Made by a program: the position numbers and the translations under genes. Positions 18,653-27,675 of a stretch of DNA of 32,000 nt are shown one piece after another. The DNA lies in contig NC_013967.1 of assembly GCF_000025685.1 (NCBI RefSeq), positions 300,001-332,000 of the forward strand. The letters run 5' to 3'. The DNA comes from Haloferax volcanii DS2. GTDB taxonomy: Archaea > Halobacteriota > Halobacteria > Halobacteriales > Haloferacaceae. A model generated the notes under the pieces. It saw only the letters and a program-made list of their open reading frames with translations, had not been told where the DNA came from and made no database searches. Position 1 is the stretch's first letter. Each line of letters starts with the position of its first letter.

Positions 18653-19904
18653 TACCGACGCAACCGCCGACTACGAGTTCGTCGACGACGCCATCGTCGA
18701 CGTCGTCGAGTCCAAAGAGCTGTCTCGACGCCTGAAGGACCGCATCTACCAGACCATCGAAGAGCGCGAGGGCGTCACCCTCGACCAGGCCGGCGAAATC
18801 GCGCAGGCCGTCGAGGCGCGCTACCTCGACACCCGCGTCGACCCGCTCGACCCCGTCGGGACGGTGTCGGCGCAGTCCATCGGTGAGCCGGGGACGCAGA
18901 TGACGATGAACACGTTCCACTACGCGGGCGTCGCCGAAATCGACGTCACGCAGGGGCTGCCGCGGCTCATCGAGCTGGTGGACGCGCGGAAGACCCCCGA
19001 CACGCCGATGATGACGGTGTACCTCGAAGACGAGTACGCGAACAACCGCGAACTCGCCCACCAGGTCGTCTGGAACATCGAGTCCACGAAGATTCTGGCG
19101 CTCGGCGATATCTCGACGAACGTCGCCGACATGGTCGTGCAGGTCAACCTCAACGACGAGACGCTCCTCGAACGCTGGCCGACGTACGACGACGAGGGCG
19201 TCGTCGCGAGCGAGATCGCCGAAACCATCGAGGACGCGCTCGGCATCAAGACCCGCCGCGAGGGGACGCTTATCGAGTTCGGCCCCGAGAGCCCGAGCTA
19301 CCGCCGGCTCCTCCAACTCGTCGAGGAGCTGCGCGACATCGTGTTCAAGGGCATCGAGGAGGTCTCCCGCGTCGTCATCCGGAAGGAGAACAACGAGGAC
19401 ACCGACGAAGAGGAGTTCGTCCTCTACACCGAGGGCTCGGCGTTCGGCGACGCGCTCGCCATCGAGGGCGTCGACGCCTCCCGGACCACCTCGAACAACA
19501 TCCACGAGGTGCACAAGCAGCTCGGCATCGAGGCCGCCCGCGAGGCCATCATCGACGAGACGATGAACACGCTGCGCGAGCAGGGTCTCGACGACGTGAA
19601 CATCCGCCACCTGATGCTCGTCGCGGACATCATGACGAACGACGGGACCATCGAGTCCATCGGCCGTCACGGTATCTCCGGGTCGAAGGACTCCGTCCTC
19701 GCCCGCGCCGCGTTCGAGGTCACGGTCAACCACCTGCTCGACGCCGCCATCCACGGCGAGGAAGACGACCTCGACGGCGTCATCGAGAACGTCATCGTCG
19801 GCAAGCCGATCGCTATCGGCACCGGCGACGTGGACCTCCGCATGGGTTCGCTCGACGTCGAGGACGCGGACGCCAACGCGGCACCCGAACCGTCCGACGA
19901 CTGA
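18645..19904 (+). CDS. rpoA2: RNA polymerase subunit A'' (Rpo1 C-terminal part)
   Basis: Internal ATG ([12 protein letters not shown]) overlaps the A' stop. Contains [18 protein letters not shown]. Confidence 0.9.
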   Translation: MTDTDATADYEFVDDAIVDVVESKELSRRLKDRIYQTIEEREGVTLDQAGEIAQAVEARYLDTRVDPLDPVGTVSAQSIGEPGTQMTMNTFHYAGVAEIDVTQGLPRLIELVDARKTPDTPMMTVYLEDEYANNRELAHQVVWNIESTKILALGDISTNVADMVVQVNLNDETLLERWPTYDDEGVVASEIAETIEDALGIKTRREGTLIEFGPESPSYRRLLQLVEELRDIVFKGIEEVSRVVIRKENNEDTDEEEFVLYTEGSAFGDALAIEGVDASRTTSNNIHEVHKQLGIEAAREAIIDETMNTLREQGLDDVNIRHLMLVADIMTNDGTIESIGRHGISGSKDSVLARAAFEVTVNHLLDAAIHGEEDDLDGVIENVIVGKPIAIGTGDVDLRMGSLDVEDADANAAPEPSDD

Positions 19905-19906
19905 CG

Positions 19907-20326
19907 ATGAAAGTTACGCTGTCGGATACGGCCCGGCGCTTCATCGCCCTCTTCGAGGAGGAGACAGAGGCGACCGCCCACGACTGTCTCGTCTTCGACG
20001 ACCGGGTCGTCTTCCTCGTCGCCGCGGGCGACATGGCGACGGCCATCGGTCCGGGCGGACGGACCGTCCAGTCGGTCGAACGCCAACTCGGCCGGACGGT
20101 CGAACTGGTCGAGGACGCCGACACGCCCGAGGCGTTCGTCGCGAGCGCGCTCGCGCCGGCGGCCGTCCGACACGTAACGCTCTCGCGGCAGAACGACACC
20201 GTCGCGTACGTCGAGGTCGCCGAAGCCGACCGCGGCGTCGCCATCGGCGCGAGCGGGAAGACCATCGACACCGCCCGCGAGTTGGCGCGTCGCCACTACG
20301 ACATCGACGACATCCAGTTGACGTAA
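19907..20326 (+). CDS. nusA: NusA-like KH-domain transcription termination/antitermination factor
   Basis: 139 aa with two KH-like GxxG motifs (IGPGGRTV and IGASGKTI). It sits in the canonical position after rpoA''. Confidence 0.85.
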   Translation: MKVTLSDTARRFIALFEEETEATAHDCLVFDDRVVFLVAAGDMATAIGPGGRTVQSVERQLGRTVELVEDADTPEAFVASALAPAAVRHVTLSRQNDTVAYVEVAEADRGVAIGASGKTIDTARELARRHYDIDDIQLT

Positions 20327-20350
20327 CGCGGCGGCCGACTCGACCACACG

Positions 20351-20355
20351 TTTTT
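20351..20355 (+). terminator. oligo-T run after the rpo-nusA operon (could instead be the T-rich box of the next gene)
   Basis: TTTTT lies 25 nt after the nusA stop and 28 nt upstream of the ATG at 20381, so its role is ambiguous. Confidence 0.35.
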
Positions 20356-20380
20356 GTCCCCACCGAACGGCGAGCTACGC

Positions 20381-21157
20381 ATGTCGTCGATACGACCGTC
20401 GGTCGGGGTCGCCGCCGGGCAACTCGACCCGACGCAGTTTGCGGACTACGAGGAGCTCGCGAGCGCGACCGCGGGGTTCGCCGTCGCGGCGGTCGTGGTC
20501 TATCTCGTCGGCCGGCTGCTGTTGGTCCCCGGCGTGACGCGACTCGTCAGCGCCCGGAACCGGAACAACCCGACGTTGCAGTCGGCGACGGAGACCTACG
20601 CGCACGCCGTCGTCATCGGCGCGCTCATCAGCGGGCTCTTTCTCGTTGCCGACCCGGACTTCAACGTCGGCGACTGGATATCGTGGCCCGGCGGCGAGGG
20701 CGTCGTCGAGGCGGTCGACTTCCGGGTCACGCGCGTGCGGACGGTGAACAACGAGACCATCTCCGTGCCGAACACGGAGCTGACGACGAACGCCCTCACC
20801 CGCCCGTACGGCCGAGAGCGCTACCGACTCACCGAACGCGTCGATATCGCGTACGCCGACGACGCGGAACTGGCGCTCCGCGAACTCGTCGAGACGGCGC
20901 GGGAGGACGACCGCGTGCTGGACGACCCGGAGCCGACCGCGCGCATCGTCGAGTTCGCCGGGAGTTCGGTCGGGCTCCAGACGGAGTTCTGGGTCGGCTC
21001 GCCGATGGACGCAAATCTCGTCGATGTTCGCTCGCAGTACCGACGGCGCGTCAAGCGACGGTTCGACGAGGAGGGGCTGACGCTCGGGCCGGCGTCGGGC
21101 CGCGAAGTCAGCGGCCGCCTCGACGTGGACCTCGTCGGGGGGCGCGACGGCGAGTGA
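20381..21157 (+). CDS. mscS: MscS-family mechanosensitive channel homologue (short form)
   Basis: ATG inside track ORF 20354..21157, which begins at a TTG. LISGLFLVADPDFNVGDWISW...VEAVDFRVTRVRTVNNETISVPNTEL matches the MscS TM3b/beta-domain signature. Confidence 0.7.
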   Translation: MSSIRPSVGVAAGQLDPTQFADYEELASATAGFAVAAVVVYLVGRLLLVPGVTRLVSARNRNNPTLQSATETYAHAVVIGALISGLFLVADPDFNVGDWISWPGGEGVVEAVDFRVTRVRTVNNETISVPNTELTTNALTRPYGRERYRLTERVDIAYADDAELALRELVETAREDDRVLDDPEPTARIVEFAGSSVGLQTEFWVGSPMDANLVDVRSQYRRRVKRRFDEEGLTLGPASGREVSGRLDVDLVGGRDGE

Positions 21158-21350
21158 GCCGCCCGCGAGACCGGAAGCCCCCCGGTGTGGCGGTCGTTCG
21201 CATGCGTGGGTGAAACGACACCATCTCCGGGCGGTTTAGTCCCTCTTCGACGCGGAGGTGCCGTCGTTCGAATCCACGAAACGACCTCAGATTCCTCCTT
21301 AGGGGTCGCTAATCGCTCCTGAAGCCGTCTCGTCGGATTCGAAAAGGGAG

Positions 21351-21359
21351 GCTTAAGTA
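21351..21359 (+). promoter_or_regulatory. TATA box for rps12-rps7
   Basis: GCTTAAGTA is centred about 30 nt upstream of the ATG at 21385. Confidence 0.4.
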
Positions 21360-21384
21360 GCTCCATCCGGAACTGTTGTTCACT

Positions 21385-21813
21385 ATGGCGAACGGCAAAT
21401 ACGCCGCGCGCAAGCTCAAGCAGGACCGGCAGAAGCGCCGCTGGTCCGACTCTGAGTACGCGCGCCGTGAGCGCGGTCTCGGCAAGAAGTCCGACCCGCT
21501 TGAGGGTGCCCCGCAGGGTCGCGGCATCGTCCTCGAGAAGGTCGGTATCGAAGCAAAGCAGCCGAACTCGGCGATTCGGAAATGCGTCCGTGTTCAGCTC
21601 ATCAAGAACGGAAAGCAGGTCACCGCCTTCTGTCCCGGTGACGGCGCGATTTCGTTCATCGACGAGCACGACGAAGTCACCATCGCCGGTATCGGTGGCG
21701 CGAAGGGTCGCGCGATGGGTGACCTTTCGGGTGTCAACTACAAGGTCGAGAAGGTCAACGGCGTCTCGATGATCGAACTCGTCCGCGGGAACGCCGAAAA
21801 GCCGGTGCGCTAA
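21385..21813 (+). CDS. rps12: 30S ribosomal protein S12 (uS12)
   Basis: ATG ([11 protein letters not shown]) inside track ORF 21376..21813. Contains [15 protein letters not shown]. Confidence 0.95.
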   Translation: MANGKYAARKLKQDRQKRRWSDSEYARRERGLGKKSDPLEGAPQGRGIVLEKVGIEAKQPNSAIRKCVRVQLIKNGKQVTAFCPGDGAISFIDEHDEVTIAGIGGAKGRAMGDLSGVNYKVEKVNGVSMIELVRGNAEKPVR

Positions 21814-21815
21814 CC

Positions 21816-22430
21816 ATGTCGGAAAGCGACGCACCCGAACCCGAGTCCCCGGCGAGCAGCGAGGAAGCAAAGGAGAACGCGCTTCTGTTCGGCGTCTGGG
21901 ACGTCTCCGAGATGGAGTACACCGACCCCAGCATGAGCCGGTACATCAAGGCGACGCCCATCGCCCACACGATGGGCCGCCACGCCTCGAAGCAGTTCCA
22001 GAAGTCCGAAATCAGCATCGTCGAGCGGCTCATCAACCGCCTGATGCAGACCGAGGACAACACGGGACACAAGCAGAAGACGAGCAAAATCGTCAAGGAC
22101 GCGTTCGAAATCGTCAACGAGCGCACCGAGGAGAACCCCGTGCAGGTGCTCATCCGCGCGGTCGAGAACGCCGGTCCCCGCGAGGAGACCGTCCGCCTCA
22201 AGTACGGCGGCATCTCGGTCCCGCAGGCCGTCGACGTCGCCCCGCAGCGCCGCGTCGACGAGGCGCTGAAGTTTATCGCGCAGGGCACGCTCAGCGGCTC
22301 CTACAAGACGACGACCACCGCCGCCGAGGCGCTCGCACAGCAGCTCATCGGCGCGGCCGACTACGACGTCCAGACGTACGCTATCTCCCAGAAAGAGGAG
22401 AAAGAGCGCGTCGCCGAAGCCGCCCGGTAA
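21816..22430 (+). CDS. rps7: 30S ribosomal protein S7 (uS7)
   Basis: 204 aa with an acidic N-terminal extension followed by conserved S7 blocks (KYGGISVPQAVDVAPQRRVD). Confidence 0.95.
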   Translation: MSESDAPEPESPASSEEAKENALLFGVWDVSEMEYTDPSMSRYIKATPIAHTMGRHASKQFQKSEISIVERLINRLMQTEDNTGHKQKTSKIVKDAFEIVNERTEENPVQVLIRAVENAGPREETVRLKYGGISVPQAVDVAPQRRVDEALKFIAQGTLSGSYKTTTTAAEALAQQLIGAADYDVQTYAISQKEEKERVAEAAR

Positions 22431-22448
22431 TCTCTCCACTCTCTTTCG

Positions 22449-22454
22449 TTTTTT
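22449..22454 (+). terminator. oligo-T terminator after rps7
   Basis: A TTTTTT run lies 19 nt after the stop. Confidence 0.45.
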
Positions 22455-22538
22455 CACTGCGCCGAGTGGCGACGCCGTCCGCCGGCACGCCACGCTCGCG
22501 GACCGTTCGCCCGTCCGCTCGCGGTCGGTGCGCGGCGC

Positions 22539-23294
22539 TCAGTCGGCGGCCATCCTCGGGTTGACGACGTAGCGTTTCACCACGTCGACGAGCGTCCGGC
22601 GGTACTCGCTTTTCGAGGGGTCGTCGGCGAGCGTTCGGAAGTGCTCTTTGAACGTCTCGAGAGACACCGACGGCGCGTCGTCGCCCGCGGCGTGGGCGAG
22701 GTCGTACAGCCGGTGGTCGGACTCGACGAGGTCGTGTCGCTCCACGAGCGCGAGGGCGAACCCGGCGTTCACGGCCGTGATTTCGGGGTCCGAACCCGCG
22801 GTGACGAGTCGGGAGCCGGGGCGGCCGGACGCCTGCGGTCGGTCGGCGAGCGCCGCCGCCAGTTGCGATTCGAGGAACTGGACGAGTTTGTCAGCGGGCG
22901 CGACAGACAGCGTCAGGTCGTCGGCGTAGATGTCCTTGCAGTGGTTAGCGATTTGATAGCAGTGCGCGAGCTTTCGGCGCTCGACGGTGCGCCCCGCGAG
23001 CGCGAGAAAGACCGCCTCGCGCGTGGACTGGTAGTGCGAGACGTGGCCCTCTTCGTTTCGGGCCATGTGTGAGAGCTCGTGGAGCGCAAGTTCGCGGGCC
23101 ATCGCGCTGGTGGCGGCCTGCCGGGAGATGTTGAGGACGTGGTGGTCCTGATAGTGGCCGGCCCACGTTCGGGAGTCGGGGTCGTCCCGCACGCGCACGA
23201 ACACGGGGTACGAAAGCTCGAACTCGGTTTCGAACAGGTCGGCGGCGCTCAAGAACGGGTCTGCCGGTGCGCCCCCGACGACTCGGAGGTCCAT
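22539..23294 (-). CDS. uncharacterised protein with an HExxH motif (putative zinc metallopeptidase-like; I recall this family as DUF5781)
   Basis: 251 aa and acidic. The HELSH motif sits in the context ARELALHELSHMARNEEGH. Confidence 0.6.
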   Translation of the reverse strand: MDLRVVGGAPADPFLSAADLFETEFELSYPVFVRVRDDPDSRTWAGHYQDHHVLNISRQAATSAMARELALHELSHMARNEEGHVSHYQSTREAVFLALAGRTVERRKLAHCYQIANHCKDIYADDLTLSVAPADKLVQFLESQLAAALADRPQASGRPGSRLVTAGSDPEITAVNAGFALALVERHDLVESDHRLYDLAHAAGDDAPSVSLETFKEHFRTLADDPSKSEYRRTLVDVVKRYVVNPRMAAD

Positions 23295-23484
23295 TCAAGT
23301 TGAGGAATGTTATCAACCAACATGACTCTTGCGCCGAGCGCGGCGACGAGATTCGCGTCCGGCGGACAGTCGCGCCTATCGTGACAAAAATGCTCATACC
23401 CCGGCAGTAGGGCGGCTGAAAATGGGAAATCCGCTCGGCAAAAACACTACTCTTTTGACCCTCCTGCCGGTAGACCCCTGTATA

Positions 23485-25668
23485 ATGGGCCGACGAAAGA
23501 AGATCGTCCAGGAATGTGAGAAACTGATGGACAAGCCGGAGCAGATCCGGAACATCGCCATCGCCGCTCACGTCGACCACGGTAAGACGACCCTCTCCGA
23601 CAACCTCCTCGCAGGTGCGGGCATGATCTCCGACGAGACTGCCGGCCAGCAGCTCGCGATGGACACGAAGGAAGACGAACAGGAACGCGGCATCACCATC
23701 GACGCCGCAAACGTCTCGATGACCCACGAATGGGAAGGCGAGAACCACCTCATCAACCTCATCGACACGCCGGGCCACGTCGACTTCGGTGGCGACGTGA
23801 CCCGCGCGATGCGCGCCGTCGACGGCGCGCTCGTCGTCGTCGACGCCGTCGAGGGTGCCATGCCGCAGACCGAGACGGTCCTGCGTCAGGCGCTCCGCGA
23901 GGGCGTCAAGCCGGCGCTTTTCATCAACAAGGTCGACCGCCTCATCAACGAACTGCAGGAAGGTCCCGAGGAGATGCAGAAGCGCCTCGTCGACGTCATC
24001 TCCGACGTCAACGAGCTTATCCGCGGGATGACCGAGGAGAAGGACTACGACTGGACGGTCTCCGTCGAAGACGGCACCGTCGCCTTCGGGTCCGCCCTCT
24101 ACAAGTGGGGCGTCTCCATGCCGTCGATGGAGGAGACCGGCATCTCCTTCGGCGACATCATGGAACTCGAACGCGGCGGCGACCGCCAGGAACTCCACGA
24201 GCGCACGCCGCTTTCGGACGTCGTCCTCGACATGGTCGCGGAGCACTTCCCCAACCCGCTCGACGCCCAGCCCCGTCGTATCCCGACGGTCTGGCGCGGT
24301 GACTCCGAGTCCGACCTCGCGCGCCAGATGCGCGAAGTCGACGACGACGGCGAAGTCGTCTTCATGGCGACCGACATCTCGATGGACCCCCACGCGGGCG
24401 AAATCGCCACGGGTCGCCTGTTCTCCGGGACCATCCGCAAGGGCCAGGAGCTCTACGTCTCCGGGACCGCGGGCAAGAACCGCGTCCAGTCCGTCGGTGT
24501 GTTCATGGGCGGCGAGCGCGAGGAACTCGACCGCGGCGTTCCCGCGGGGAACATCGCGGCCGTCACGGGGCTCCGTGACGCCATCGCGGGTTCCACCGTC
24601 TCGTCCGTCGAGATGACGCCGTTCGAGTCCATCGAGCACATCTCCGAGCCTGTCATCACGAAGTCCGTCGAGGCAGAGCGCATGGACGACCTGCCGAAGC
24701 TCATCCAGACGCTCCAGCAGGTCGCAAAGGAGGACCCGACCATCCGCATCGAGATTAACGAGGACACGGGCGAGCACCTCATCTCCGGTCAGGGCGAGCT
24801 CCACCTCGAAGTCATCACCCAGCGAATCCGCGACAACCAGGGCATCCCGGTCCGCACCGGTGAGCCGATTGTCGTCTACCGCGAGCAGGTCCAGGGCGAG
24901 TCCCACGAGGTCGAAGGTGTCTCCCCGAACCGCCACAACAAGTTCTACATCACGGCGGAGCCCCTCTCGCAGGACATCGTCGACTCCATCAAGCTCGGCG
25001 AGATTTCGATGGACATGCCCGAACTGGAGCGCCGCGAGGCGCTGCAGGAAGCCGGCATGGACAAGGACACGTCCCAGAACGTCGAACACATCCACGGGAC
25101 GAACATCCTCATCGACGACACGAAGGGTATCCAGCACCTCAACGAGACGATGGAACTCGTCATCGAGGGTCTCGAAGAGGCGCTCGACGACGGTCCGCTC
25201 GCCGCGGAGCCCGTTCAGGGAACGCTCCTACGCCTCCACGACGCGCGACTCCACGAGGACACCATCCACCGCGGTCCCGCCCAGGTTATCCCTGCGACGC
25301 GTGACGCGGTCCACCGCGCGCTCATCGCGGGCCAGGTGAAGCTCCTCGAACCCATCCAGAACGTCCGCATCGACGTTCCGTCCGAGTACATGGGCTCGGC
25401 CTCCGGCGAGATTCAGGGTCGCCGCGGCCGCGTCGACGACATGTACCAGGAAGGTGACCTCATGGTCATCGAGGGCATCGCGCCCGTCGAAGAGATGATC
25501 GGCTTCTCGTCTGACGTGCGCTCCGCGACGGAAGGTCGCGCCTCCTGGAACACGGAGAACGCCGGCTTCCGCGTGCTCTCGGACAACCTCCAGCGCGAGA
25601 AGATTATGGAGATCCGCGAGCGCAAGGGCATGAAGCTCGAACTCTCGCAGGCTATCGACTACATCTAA
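23485..25668 (+). CDS. fusA: translation elongation factor aEF-2
   Basis: Internal ATG ([36 protein letters not shown]) of track ORF 23329..25668. It has the G-domain motifs and is 727 aa. Confidence 0.95.
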   Translation: MGRRKKIVQECEKLMDKPEQIRNIAIAAHVDHGKTTLSDNLLAGAGMISDETAGQQLAMDTKEDEQERGITIDAANVSMTHEWEGENHLINLIDTPGHVDFGGDVTRAMRAVDGALVVVDAVEGAMPQTETVLRQALREGVKPALFINKVDRLINELQEGPEEMQKRLVDVISDVNELIRGMTEEKDYDWTVSVEDGTVAFGSALYKWGVSMPSMEETGISFGDIMELERGGDRQELHERTPLSDVVLDMVAEHFPNPLDAQPRRIPTVWRGDSESDLARQMREVDDDGEVVFMATDISMDPHAGEIATGRLFSGTIRKGQELYVSGTAGKNRVQSVGVFMGGEREELDRGVPAGNIAAVTGLRDAIAGSTVSSVEMTPFESIEHISEPVITKSVEAERMDDLPKLIQTLQQVAKEDPTIRIEINEDTGEHLISGQGELHLEVITQRIRDNQGIPVRTGEPIVVYREQVQGESHEVEGVSPNRHNKFYITAEPLSQDIVDSIKLGEISMDMPELERREALQEAGMDKDTSQNVEHIHGTNILIDDTKGIQHLNETMELVIEGLEEALDDGPLAAEPVQGTLLRLHDARLHEDTIHRGPAQVIPATRDAVHRALIAGQVKLLEPIQNVRIDVPSEYMGSASGEIQGRRGRVDDMYQEGDLMVIEGIAPVEEMIGFSSDVRSATEGRASWNTENAGFRVLSDNLQREKIMEIRERKGMKLELSQAIDYI

Positions 25669-25697
25669 GCGCGACCCTTCGCGCCGCTTTCGTTTTT
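25669..25697 (+). terminator. hairpin plus oligo-T after aEF-2
   Basis: GCGCGA-CCCT-TCGCGC (25669-25684) is followed by TTTTT at 25693-25697. Confidence 0.5.
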
Positions 25698-25831
25698 CAC
25701 CCGGGCAGCGATAGCCCCGGTCCGTCGGCCCCATCCGCACCGCATCTACCGTTCGCTTCGCTTCTCTGCGGCCGTCTGTGACACATGCCAGCACGCTCCC
25801 GGCGTCGGCAAACCGTGTCGGCTGCGAAGGC

Positions 25832-25837
25832 TTATAC
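25832..25837 (+). promoter_or_regulatory. TATA-like box for the ACT-hom operon
   Basis: TTATAC is centred about 28 nt upstream of the ATG at 25862 and about 130 nt upstream of the ACT-gene ATG. Confidence 0.35.
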
Positions 25838-25861
25838 CGCGTGGCCGAATCACGGGTAGAT

Positions 25862-25969
25862 ATGCGTAAGGGTACGTCTCTCGACTCCTGGCGCGACGAC
25901 GCGAAACCACGACCGAACCGCGCGTCGCGGACAACAGCGTCGGGACGGCCCACGGAGGTGGGGCGATGA
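25862..25969 (+). CDS. candidate 35-codon upstream ORF at the predicted 5' end of the ACT-hom transcript
   Basis: MRKGTSLDSWRDDAKPRPNRASRTTASGRPTEVGR. Its stop overlaps the ACT-gene start (ATGA). It is basic, which is unlike the halophile proteome, so coding status is doubtful. Confidence 0.2.
   Translation: MRKGTSLDSWRDDAKPRPNRASRTTASGRPTEVGR
25954..25960 (+). promoter_or_regulatory. Shine-Dalgarno sequence for the ACT-domain gene
   Basis: GGAGGTG lies 5 nt upstream of the ATG at 25966 and is complementary to the conserved 16S rRNA 3' end. Confidence 0.5.
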
Positions 25970-26535
25970 GCGCACAGGACCTCGACGGCGAGAGCGACGC
26001 CGAGGCCGACGGAAGCGGCGAGATGCCGAAACCGCACACGATTCGGCTCGAACTCGTCGACGAGCCCGGACAGCTTTTGGCCGCGCTCAAGCCCATCTCC
26101 GACAACGGCGGGAATCTGCTTTCCATCTTCCACGAGCGCGGGAGTCTGACGCCGCGCGGACACATCCCCGTGGAGGTCGACCTCGAATGCCCGCCCGACC
26201 GCTTCGCGCGTATCGTCGAGGCGCTCCGCGACGCCGGCGTCAACGTCATCCGCGCCGGCGCGGAGCACTTCGGCGAAGAGGTGATGGTTATCCTCGTCGG
26301 CGACATCGTCGACTCCGACCTCTCGGACACGCTCCACCGAATCGAGTCCTCGGCGGACGCGACGCTTCAGGACCTGTCGCTGTCGGCCCGCGAGGGGACC
26401 GACGAGGCGTCGAGCGCCCGGCTCCGACTCGCGGTCCGCTCCGGGCGCGTCGACGAGACGTTCGGAGTCGTCCGTGACATCGCCGCCGAGAAGGAGCTAC
26501 ACGTCGTCGAACCGCTCGCGGAGGGGTCCCAATGA
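25966..26535 (+). CDS. ACT-domain (amino-acid-binding) regulatory protein
   Basis: 189 aa. The ACT-like fold segment is IRLELVDEPGQLLAALKPISDNGGNLLSIFHER. It is translationally coupled (ATGA) to hom. Confidence 0.7.
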   Translation: MSAQDLDGESDAEADGSGEMPKPHTIRLELVDEPGQLLAALKPISDNGGNLLSIFHERGSLTPRGHIPVEVDLECPPDRFARIVEALRDAGVNVIRAGAEHFGEEVMVILVGDIVDSDLSDTLHRIESSADATLQDLSLSAREGTDEASSARLRLAVRSGRVDETFGVVRDIAAEKELHVVEPLAEGSQ

Positions 26536-27485
26536 GCCTCAGACTCGCCGTGCTCGGCGCGGGCGCGGTCGGCGGCTCGGTGCTCGACCTCGCGGGCGAC
26601 TACGGGCACGAGGTCGTCGCCTTCGCGGACTCGTCGTCCTCCGTGGTCGACCCGGACGGTCTCGACCCGAGCGCGGTCCACGACCGCAAGGAACGCGAGG
26701 GCGTGGTCGGCGGGGCGGACCCCGAAGCGGTGTTCGACGTCGACTACGACGTGTTAGTGGAGGCGACGCCGACGACGCTCGGCGACGCCGAACCCGGCTT
26801 CTCGCACGTCGAGCGGGCGCTGGCCGACGACCGCCACGTGGTGCTCGCGAACAAAGGCCCGGTCGCGGAACGGTACGCCGACCTGCGCGCGCTCGAAGCC
26901 GAAAGCGGAGGGACGGTGCAGTTCGAGGCGGCCGTCGGCGGCGCGATTCCCATCCTCTCGACTATCTCGGACCTCGGCGCGCCGCACGTGACCGCCGCGC
27001 GCGGCGTGCTGAACGGGACGGCGAACTTTATCCTCTCGCGGATGGCCGCCGAGGGACTCGATTACGAGCACGTCCTCGCGGAAGCCCAGGACCTCGGCGT
27101 CGCGGAGGCCGACCCGACCTTCGACGTCGACGGCATCGACGCCGCGCTGAAGTTCGTCATCCTCGCGAACGTCCTCTCCGACGGCGAGACGGAGTACGCG
27201 CTCGACGACGCCGCGGTTGAGGGAATCCGCAACGTCCCGGGGACGGCGCTCGACCTCGCCGCCGAGGACGGCCGGACGGTCAGACTCATCGGTGAGGCGA
27301 CCGCCGACGGGGTTCGCGTGGCTCCGCGGCTGATTCCGCAGGGCTCTGCGCTGTCGGTCACGGGCACGCAGAACATCGTCCAGTTGGAGACCAAACACGC
27401 GGGGCAGCTGAACATCAGCGGCCGCGGAGCGGGCGGTCCCGAGACGGCGACGGCCGTCTTGTCCGACGTTTCTCGGCTCGAATAG
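26532..27485 (+). CDS. hom: homoserine dehydrogenase
   Basis: 317 aa. The N-terminal Rossmann motif is LAVLGAGAVGGSV. It also contains FEAAVGGAIPI, GVLNGTANFIL and EADPTFDVDGIDAALK. Confidence 0.9.
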   Translation: MSLRLAVLGAGAVGGSVLDLAGDYGHEVVAFADSSSSVVDPDGLDPSAVHDRKEREGVVGGADPEAVFDVDYDVLVEATPTTLGDAEPGFSHVERALADDRHVVLANKGPVAERYADLRALEAESGGTVQFEAAVGGAIPILSTISDLGAPHVTAARGVLNGTANFILSRMAAEGLDYEHVLAEAQDLGVAEADPTFDVDGIDAALKFVILANVLSDGETEYALDDAAVEGIRNVPGTALDLAAEDGRTVRLIGEATADGVRVAPRLIPQGSALSVTGTQNIVQLETKHAGQLNISGRGAGGPETATAVLSDVSRLE

Positions 27486-27491
27486 GCGTAC

Positions 27492-27517
27492 AGAGGGCTC
27501 GTACCTCTCGTTTTCTT
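27492..27517 (+). terminator. hairpin plus T-run after hom
   Basis: AGAGG-GCTCGTA-CCTCT is followed by CGTTTTCTT. Confidence 0.4.
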
Positions 27518-27675
27518 CGACTGTCGACCTCGGCTAAAATCCCTGCCCCACGACCGTGGTATGGTTCCGCAAATCGCAGTACGGCGGTTAGACGGCCCGT
27601 AGCGCGTATCGAAATCGTTTTAGGGGTTTCAGCAAAAACATTCCCCACAGAGCGCCTTAGCGCGTGACCACACCA

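Noticed and set aside
12319-19904. Inteins or unusual insertions in the RNA polymerase subunits, and likewise in aEF-2 (23485-25668).
   Set aside because: The subunit lengths (521, 609, 976, 419 and 727 aa) and the continuous conserved motifs look standard for the split B''/B' and A'/A'' arrangement. No intein-like blocks were noticed.
21262-21290. T-loop-like GTTCGAATCC suggesting a tRNA or tRNA fragment upstream of rps12.
   Set aside because: I could find no complementary T-stem, acceptor arm or anticodon arm. It is better described as one arm of a 9-bp inverted repeat.
25778-25861. Full 63-aa version of the upstream ORF before the ACT-domain gene.
   Set aside because: The first 28 codons lie upstream of or across the only TATA-like box. 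Only the 35-codon part from the ATG at 25862 could be on the predicted transcript, and even that is low confidence.
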